From the IMG/VR virus record IMGVR_UViG_3300033486_000008, positions 1 through 24,519 of that record: DNA of 24,519 nucleotides. One strand, written 5' to 3'. A program made the position numbers and the translations under genes. Positions 1-6,019 of this stretch are shown in pieces. A model generated the notes under the pieces. It was not told the DNA's origin, ran no database searches, and saw nothing but the letters and a program-made list of their open reading frames with translations. How positions within the stretch are numbered: position 1 is the first letter of the stretch; every line of letters begins with the position of its first letter. The stretch comes from a virus (Duplodnaviria > Caudoviricetes).

Positions 1-330
1 GTGGCGTATTGAAATCAAACACTTGCCGTGGCACTATGGGGCGCTAACTCTTTAGCTAAAATTACGATGTTTAGTTATATGCTGTAATGTAATATCAATA
101 CGCTACATACATACACCGTATCTAATATCCTACCAATTATAAAGTAAAGGAGTAGTGGTAGATAGTAGTAGAAAGACCGTAGATATTGGGTTATAGCATG
201 ACGGAAGGTTCCGGTGAGTTTAGACCGCTCGTGACGGATAGACCAGATAGACGCTGTCAATTGTGGATATGGTTCGTATTTGACATCTGCTTAATTTTTA
301 ATCAATTGTCAAATTTTAATAATCAATAAA

Positions 331-359
331 TTGACAATTACATATATCAATAATATTAT
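331..359 (+). promoter_or_regulatory. sigma70-type promoter upstream of putative terS
   Basis: TTGACA (331-336), 17-nt spacer, TATTAT (354-359), in an AT-rich non-coding region about 90 nt upstream of ATG 447. Confidence 0.7.
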
Positions 360-446
360 CGGACAATATGTTGCAATATGGAACGCCCGCCCGGCGCCAC
401 ATACGCGCCAGATTGTGAAAATTACCTAACGTAACTCATTGATTAT

Positions 447-1022
447 ATGGAAAATACGGAACAACCGCGAAGGAAGGCCGGACGGCCGGAAGGATCGACT
501 GCGGCGGCAATGAAGGCGCGTGGCACAAGTCGTGCAGCGTTGATCGATAAGCGCGTATCGGGCGAGATTGCACCACCGGAGCGCACCGGCCAGCGTGGCG
601 TGCGGCTGCGGCCCGAACACCAGGAAGAAGTGCGCGCCAAAATACAGGCGTCGCACCTGGTCAACTTGCTGCAACAGCACGCCGACGGATTGATTGAACT
701 GGAGACGTCGAGGATAAAAGCGATTGAGATATTACTGAGCAAGTCTCTCTCGTCGCTCGCATCAACTGAGGTCAATATGATCTCGAACAACGACAAGATG
801 ACCGAGGCGGAAATCATGGACAAAATTCGCCAGCTGGTACAAGCGGACCCTCGGATCGTTTCGCTGATCGTACCGGGAGAGGCGCGCGTTATATCTGCAC
901 CGATTGAACCGGCTGCGGTATCGTCGGAGGTTGTCATATCGTGCGCCATGTGCGGCGATGTCGGCATATCTGGCGGGTGCCCCATGTGCGGCGGCGATCC
1001 AGCGGACGAGATACTGGCCTAG
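447..1022 (+). CDS. putative terminase small subunit
   Basis: 191-aa ORF. Basic N-terminus (RRKAGRPEG) and helical core RAKIQASHLVNLLQQHADGLIELETSRIKAIEILLSKSL resemble putative TerS proteins. First gene of the packaging region, upstream of TerL. Confidence 0.55.
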   Translation: MENTEQPRRKAGRPEGSTAAAMKARGTSRAALIDKRVSGEIAPPERTGQRGVRLRPEHQEEVRAKIQASHLVNLLQQHADGLIELETSRIKAIEILLSKSLSSLASTEVNMISNNDKMTEAEIMDKIRQLVQADPRIVSLIVPGEARVISAPIEPAAVSSEVVISCAMCGDVGISGGCPMCGGDPADEILA

Positions 1023-1104
1023 GTGGGGCATATGGCGGGTGCGATCCAGTGCGCCGAGGGCGCCAGGCGGTGCGGTGTAGGGGGTGGGTCATATGGCGGG
1101 TGCG
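1022..1104 (+). repeat. G-rich 22-bp direct repeat (2 copies, 61 bp apart)
   Basis: GGTGGGGCATATGGCGGGTGCG (1022-1043) and GGTGGGTCATATGGCGGGTGCG (1083-1104), one mismatch. A degenerate third copy CATATCTGGCGGGTGC lies at 965-980. Confidence 0.85.
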
Positions 1105-1180
1105 GCGAACTCGGGGAACCACCGGACGGGTGGGAAAATTGTTGCCGGCACGTCTCCACATTTTTTCAACACTTTTGAAG

Positions 1181-1189
1181 TGCTATAAT
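1181..1189 (+). promoter_or_regulatory. extended -10 promoter element
   Basis: TGCTATAAT matches the TGnTATAAT consensus. No good -35 (T-tract at 1161-1166). Confidence 0.5.
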
Positions 1190-1231
1190 TGCACCACACG
1201 TCAGATAACGAACGATAGCACGCCATACGAT

Positions 1232-1306
1232 CGATAACGCACCGCACGTCCGATAGCTCCCGATAACGCACCGCACGTCCGATAGCTCCCGATGACGCAC
1301 CGCACG
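1232..1306 (+). repeat. 29-bp tandem repeat, about 2.6 copies
   Basis: CGATAACGCACCGCACGTCCGATAGCTCC at 1232-1260 and 1261-1289 (identical), partial copy CGATGACGCACCGCACG at 1290-1306. Confidence 0.95.
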
Positions 1307-1433
1307 AACAACACTCGCCCATCCAGGCGATCAATATCAACCATACGACATATGTGTTACATAATTCAGCGCACGATAGATGCGACGCGAGATAGCGACC
1401 ACGACTTCGACGATAACGAATGGGACGAAACAC

Positions 1434-1462
1434 TTGACACGGCAGTCAGCACGTGAGACACT
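1434..1462 (+). promoter_or_regulatory. possible sigma70 promoter for the accessory cassette
   Basis: TTGACA (1434-1439), 17 nt, GACACT (1457-1462) preceded by TG at 1454-1455; lies about 50 nt upstream of the 1512 ORF. Confidence 0.45.
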
Positions 1463-1511
1463 TCGGTCGTCGGTTGATATTGACCGACACCAACTAACCG
1501 AGGAGTGAGCG

Positions 1512-1613
1512 ATGGACACGAACCAAACAGCATTTGTGGTAACGATGGTGATCGGCATCGCCTGGTTCATCTGGGCGTTTGCCAAGGCTGAATTCGAACG
1601 TCACGGAGGTTGA
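1512..1613 (+). CDS. small single-pass membrane protein (33 aa)
   Basis: Not in ORF track. GAGGAG RBS at 1500-1505; translates to MDTNQTAFVVTMVIGIAWFIWAFAKAEFERHGG. Its stop abuts the RBS and start of the next gene. Confidence 0.7.
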   Translation: MDTNQTAFVVTMVIGIAWFIWAFAKAEFERHGG

Positions 1614-1615
1614 CC

Positions 1616-2194
1616 ATGATCGGAACGATACTCCTGTGCTCGACCGAGCCGCAGCGTCCGGCCCCCGGCGTTCAGTTCATGGTCATCGCCGCCCCGAGAT
1701 CCGGCACGACGTGGGCCGCCAATTGGCTGACTACCGACCGCTCGATCTGCCTGCATGACCCATTATGGGATCACCACTACGAAGAACTGGACAACATCCG
1801 TCCGTCGGGCGGGAAGATGTTGGGCGTTTCGTGTACTGGGCTGTTCCTGTTTCCGAAGTGGCTCAACAATCACCCAGCGCGGAAGGTCATCCTGCATCGC
1901 CCGTTGGACGAGATAAACGTATCGCTGGAAGGTATCGGATTGCCTCCGGTCAGTCAGAGGGAGTATGACGGGCTTGACGATATTGCCGGCATGCACGTTG
2001 ACTGGCGTACCATGTGGGACGACCCGCGCGTGATGTACGAGTATTTGCTGCAGCGGCCATTTGACCAGGAACGGCATAAATTGCTGAAGTCGATTGAGAT
2101 GCAGCCCGATTTCGAAGGGCTGACGATCAACCCAGGCGTTACGAGGAGACTGATGAACGAACTCGGTGTTATTGCGGACGGGTCGCTACCATGA
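1616..2194 (+). CDS. sulfotransferase-family protein
   Basis: GGAGGT RBS before ATG 1616. 5'-PSB loop IAAPRSGTTW followed by LHDP; 3'-PB-like R-x7-S (RPLDEINVS). Confidence 0.7.
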   Translation: MIGTILLCSTEPQRPAPGVQFMVIAAPRSGTTWAANWLTTDRSICLHDPLWDHHYEELDNIRPSGGKMLGVSCTGLFLFPKWLNNHPARKVILHRPLDEINVSLEGIGLPPVSQREYDGLDDIAGMHVDWRTMWDDPRVMYEYLLQRPFDQERHKLLKSIEMQPDFEGLTINPGVTRRLMNELGVIADGSLP

Positions 2195-2415
2195 TGTGCC
2201 TACCGATTGATGACGCCTGCGCCGTGTCGCAGCAGTATGCCGAAGTGGTCGCCTCCGCGCGGGACGATATGGAGCAGGGTGCGAAGGATTTCTCGCTTGG
2301 GACATTCGGCGGCCGTACGTATCGGTATATGGTCATTGACGGGACACCGGCAATTGTGATTGAATCCGAGAAAGCCGACGACATATACCCGCCGGATTTT
2401 CTTATGGAGGATTGA
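2191..2415 (+). CDS. hypothetical acidic protein
   Basis: 74-aa ORF with ATGA overlap to the upstream gene; fills the gap in a tight operon. Confidence 0.6.
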   Translation: MMCLPIDDACAVSQQYAEVVASARDDMEQGAKDFSLGTFGGRTYRYMVIDGTPAIVIESEKADDIYPPDFLMED

Positions 2416-2417
2416 TC

Positions 2418-2696
2418 ATGGCAACGACTGTACGGAAATTCGGCGAGAACGAAGAAGAAACTCGGCGTAAAGCGCGCGAGACGAACAAGCGTCTGACCGA
2501 ACAGGCCCGGAAGAACAAGGCGGCGAACATGGCTGCTGCCGGCGGTAATGGTGGCGGAGTGATGCAAAAGGGGAAGAAGAAGGAGTTTGCATCCGAGCAG
2601 GGTACGACTATCGCATCGCAGGCGCTCGGCGGCATGGCAGGGTCTGCTGCTGAATCGCTGCGCCGTCAACGCCGGTTGAAAGATCAGCCGCTGTGA
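2418..2696 (+). CDS. small basic hypothetical protein
   Basis: GGAGG RBS (2406-2410), ATG 2418; K/R- and Gly/Ala-rich. Confidence 0.65.
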   Translation: MATTVRKFGENEEETRRKARETNKRLTEQARKNKAANMAAAGGNGGGVMQKGKKKEFASEQGTTIASQALGGMAGSAAESLRRQRRLKDQPL

Positions 2697-2986
2697 CGCC
2701 ACGCCGAATAAAATCGGCGGCAATCAAGAAGCCGAGCGGCAAGGTAGTCACGAAGCGCCCGCCGGCGCATCACGTCGATGTTGCGGCGAAAGATCGCGAT
2801 GCGGGCGGAACAGGTCGCGGTAAACGTGGATTTGTAACGACGCCTGACGATAAATTTGTTGGTCGCCAGGTGGGTAAAAAGATTGCGAAGAAGGCTGGAC
2901 AGGCGAACGTGCGCGGAAAGCGCGGTTTGCACAGTGAGGATGTGTTCGGCCATTCTTCGCGTAAGAGCATCTCCTCCTCGAAGTAG
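2693..2986 (+). CDS. highly basic hypothetical protein
   Basis: GTGA overlap with upstream stop; 97 aa, strongly Lys/Arg-rich. Confidence 0.6.
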   Translation: MTPRRIKSAAIKKPSGKVVTKRPPAHHVDVAAKDRDAGGTGRGKRGFVTTPDDKFVGRQVGKKIAKKAGQANVRGKRGLHSEDVFGHSSRKSISSSK

Positions 2987-3062
2987 ATGATACCGCAGCC
3001 CCCAGCGACAGGCCTCGCCTGACGTAGTCGGATGGGGGCTCCAATAAAACAGGACTGCCACG

Positions 3063-3386
3063 GTGACGATGTTCAAAACGAGATATTCCCCGGGAGGGAA
3101 CGGTGGCGCGGTCAGACTTGAGTGCCGACGATGTGGGGCATTCGTAGACATGGTAGTCACTGAGATCGACGGGCCGCCGCTGTGCGACGAATGCCGACTT
3201 CCACCACCGGAGCCGATATGCGGCGAGTTGATGAGCATAGGTTGCCGCCGTTGTGGCAAGGAAGTTCGCATCGGGGTTATTGAATTGTCCAGGGCGCACC
3301 GCCCGCCATTATGCAAGGAGTGTGAGAAAAATGAGATACATGCTAATCCTGCTGTTCCTGTCAGCCTGCGGAACGGCCCCAATTGA
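3063..3386 (+). CDS. tandem zinc-ribbon protein
   Basis: Two internal repeats, CRRCG-x-PPLCDEC and CRRCG-x-PPLCKEC (CxxC-x16/x19-CxxC); AGGA RBS at 3051. Confidence 0.65.
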   Translation: MTMFKTRYSPGGNGGAVRLECRRCGAFVDMVVTEIDGPPLCDECRLPPPEPICGELMSIGCRRCGKEVRIGVIELSRAHRPPLCKECEKNEIHANPAVPVSLRNGPN

Positions 3387-3840
3387 TCAAGTCCGAGGCG
3401 CAGCACCGGTGCCAGTTGTTGCGGATAGTGCGCAGGAGCCGACAACACCTGCGGCAGGTACTTGGGGAAGCATGCAGTACGTTGAAGGACTGAGTATCTT
3501 TTATGCGTTCGATTCGGCGGATGTTGCGGCTGATTCGGAGTTGAATTTCAACGGGTGGGCGAACCTCAAGCGTCATGCCGCATATCTCAAGTCTACCCCC
3601 AGCGTCAGCGCCGTCGTGGTTGGCAATTGCGACGAGCGCGGATCCGCGGCATACAACTACGCACTCGGCCTGCGCAGGGCGGACAGTGTCAAGCAGTTGC
3701 TACTGCGCGAAGGGGTGAGCGAGTCGCAACTGTCCGTTCGGAGCGACGGAAAGTCGAATCCTGTTGCAAATTGCCACGCCGAGCAGTGCTGGCGCCAGAA
3801 TAGGCGCGTCAATCTTGAGTATCGTTACGAGTTGAAATGA
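3331..3840 (+). CDS. Pal/OmpA-family peptidoglycan-associated lipoprotein
   Basis: AAGGAG RBS, ATG 3331. Lipoprotein signal MRYMLILLFLSA-C. OmpA-C motifs GNCDERGS, YNYALGLRRADSVK, GKSNP, CWRQNRRV. Confidence 0.88.
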   Translation: MRYMLILLFLSACGTAPIDQVRGAAPVPVVADSAQEPTTPAAGTWGSMQYVEGLSIFYAFDSADVAADSELNFNGWANLKRHAAYLKSTPSVSAVVVGNCDERGSAAYNYALGLRRADSVKQLLLREGVSESQLSVRSDGKSNPVANCHAEQCWRQNRRVNLEYRYELK

Positions 3841-5327
3841 GCGACGCGGCCGAAGAACTACTCGCGATGCTTCAGCAGTTGGAGCGTCGGAAGAAGATAT
3901 ACCGGGCTGAGTACTTCACCCCCTATCCTTACCAGGAACGATTCTACACGGCAGAAGGGCATCTCACGCCAGGTAAATTGGCGATATTCAGAGCCCTGTG
4001 CGCGGCCAACGGCATAGGTAAGACACTCGGCGGCTGCATGGAGGACTCGTACCACTGCACGGGGAAATATCCGGAATGGTGGAAAGGCCACATATTCAAT
4101 GAGCCGGTATCGCTGCTTGCCTGCGGTGAAACAAACGAAACGGTTCGAGACATTCTGCAGAAAGAATTGTTCGGCGATCCGACAGACCCGAAAGCGCTCG
4201 GCACCGGGACAATACCAATAGATTGCATCGGTAAAATCACCAGAAAACCCGGGATACAAAACGCATTTGACAATGTGAAGGTCCGGCATGTTACGGGTCG
4301 GTGGTCAACAATATATTTTCGCGCGTATGAGCAAGGCTGGCCGCGTTTTCAAGGAACTCGTTTTGAGATATTCCATGCTGACGAGGAGGCTCCCGAGGAG
4401 ATCTGGTCACAGTTGATTCGAGCTGTAATATCGAAGACGAAGGCCATCGGGTATCTGACATTTACGCCTGAACGCAGCGTGACTGCGTTGGTCGATCAGT
4501 TCACCAACAATCCGGCCAAGGGGCAGGCGTTCATCAACGCTACATGGGACGATGCGCCGCACTTGATCAAAGACGGCAAATTGACTGAGCAGGCTGAAAT
4601 CCTTGCCGCAAACATACCGAAGCACCAATTGGCAATGCGAACCAAGGGTCTTGCGATATCAGGCGAAGGTTTGGTCTTTGACGTTCCTGACGAAGACATA
4701 GTCGTGAAGCCGTTTGAGATTCCGAAACATTGGCCGCAATTGCGGTGCATGGACTTCGGCTGGAATCACCCATTTGGCGCGGGGCATCTGGCGTACGACA
4801 GAGATGCCGACTGCATTTACTTATGTCATGAGTACAGGGAGTCCCGGGCGCTCCCCGCCGTACACGTCCAGGCAATGAACGGTTGGGGCGCATGGTCCCC
4901 CGTAGCGTGGCCGCATGACGGTGTGAATGATGAGAAAAGCACTGGCGATGAGTTGATCAAGTCGTATCGAGACGCAGGCCTTAACTGCCTACCGAATAAA
5001 GCGACGCACCCGCCCGAACTTGGAAAAGAAGAAGGGACGGGCGGGAACTCAGTTGAAGTCGGGATTATGGACATGCTGATCAGAATGGGCACGGGGAGGT
5101 TTAAGGTGTTTTCCACATGCACGATGTTCTTAGAGGAGAAGCGTGTGTATCATAGGAAGAACGGGTTGATCGTGAAATTGAAAGACGATGTCATTTCCGC
5201 AGTTCGCTATGGAACGATGATGATCCGCCACGCCCGTATTGACAAACCTAAAACCCTCGGTCACACTTCAACAACACAGTCCGGGGTGACGTATCTTACT
5301 GCCCGCCCAACACGACCTAAAAGGTGA
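3837..5327 (+). CDS. terL: terminase large subunit
   Basis: Walker A AANGIGKT, Walker B FHADEE, motif III TFTP, RNase H-like nuclease motifs MDFGWNHP and DDVISAVRYG; resembles P22-type TerL. Confidence 0.95.
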   Translation: MSDAAEELLAMLQQLERRKKIYRAEYFTPYPYQERFYTAEGHLTPGKLAIFRALCAANGIGKTLGGCMEDSYHCTGKYPEWWKGHIFNEPVSLLACGETNETVRDILQKELFGDPTDPKALGTGTIPIDCIGKITRKPGIQNAFDNVKVRHVTGRWSTIYFRAYEQGWPRFQGTRFEIFHADEEAPEEIWSQLIRAVISKTKAIGYLTFTPERSVTALVDQFTNNPAKGQAFINATWDDAPHLIKDGKLTEQAEILAANIPKHQLAMRTKGLAISGEGLVFDVPDEDIVVKPFEIPKHWPQLRCMDFGWNHPFGAGHLAYDRDADCIYLCHEYRESRALPAVHVQAMNGWGAWSPVAWPHDGVNDEKSTGDELIKSYRDAGLNCLPNKATHPPELGKEEGTGGNSVEVGIMDMLIRMGTGRFKVFSTCTMFLEEKRVYHRKNGLIVKLKDDVISAVRYGTMMIRHARIDKPKTLGHTSTTQSGVTYLTARPTRPKR

Positions 5328-5331
5328 TATG

Positions 5332-5481
5332 ATGCCAAAAGGAACGAAAGTTGAACGAGTTTACGAAGCCGTAAAACGTAAAACGGGCGACAAAGGAAAA
5401 GCTGCGCGTATTGCCCAAGCGCAGACTGGGAAGAGTCTCGCGACGGGCAAGAAACCGAAATCTAAACGTAAGGGGTCATGA
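5332..5481 (+). CDS. small basic protein (49 aa)
   Basis: Not in ORF track. MPKGTKVERVYEAVKRKTGDKGKAARIAQAQTGKSLATGKKPKSKRKGS; AAGGTG RBS; exactly fills the gap between terL and the next gene. Confidence 0.7.
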   Translation: MPKGTKVERVYEAVKRKTGDKGKAARIAQAQTGKSLATGKKPKSKRKGS

Positions 5482-5483
5482 TC

Positions 5484-5972
5484 ATGAGAAAGATTGGTAA
5501 ATTCCTGGGCACCGGCTTGATGTGGGTAACTGGTGCGTTTTTGGCGATGTTTGGCTTCGCGGCAAGTCTGGCGGTAGTGCACACTGCATTCCCAACCCCG
5601 GACAATACTGCAAACTTTGGCCTGTTCGCGGCTGTTGAGAACATGAACAATGTGATCACCACGAATATGCTAAGTAAGGTGATCGTCCCCAACAATGCTG
5701 CCACTGCGTATCAGATCCCGAACAATACCGCGTACGTGCTGTTCACTGGTGTTCAATCGTCTGTCGCTGCGACAATCAGTATGCCGTCTGCCGCAAACGC
5801 GCTTGACGGTCAGGAAGTCACGATCTTCTCCGCATCGACGGCTGCAGCAACAACCACCATTGCGTCTACTGGTGCAACCGTAGTTGGGGCGCCGGCATCG
5901 CTGGTAGCAAATGAAACGCTGAAATTCAAATACGACAGCGGCACGACCAGCTGGTATTTGATTGCTCACTAA
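5484..5972 (+). CDS. putative virion decoration/fibre-like protein with N-terminal signal peptide
   Basis: AAGGGG RBS. Hydrophobic leader ending AASLA; Ala/Thr-rich beta domain (TISMPSAANALDGQEVTI...FKYDSGTTSWYL) resembling phage structural modules; located between terL and portal. Confidence 0.6.
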   Translation: MRKIGKFLGTGLMWVTGAFLAMFGFAASLAVVHTAFPTPDNTANFGLFAAVENMNNVITTNMLSKVIVPNNAATAYQIPNNTAYVLFTGVQSSVAATISMPSAANALDGQEVTIFSASTAAATTTIASTGATVVGAPASLVANETLKFKYDSGTTSWYLIAH

Positions 5973-6019
5973 GCATAACGCCCCGTTGTAGTATTGGCGG
6001 GGCGCACCCTACGCGCGCC

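Noticed and set aside
75-260. 61-aa minus-strand ORF
   Set aside because: TTG start in low-complexity AT-rich sequence with no RBS or motif; probably non-coding
942-989. CAMC/CPMC zinc finger at the TerS C-terminus
   Set aside because: Both motifs derive from the DNA repeat CCATGTGCGGCG in a repeat-rich zone and may be a by-product; not claimed as a domain
1232-1306. 29-bp repeat as a CRISPR array
   Set aside because: Units are directly adjacent, with no unique spacers and no cas genes
2997-3050. Terminator or hammerhead ribozyme
   Set aside because: No U-tract; CTGACGT does not match the CUGANGA/GAAA core
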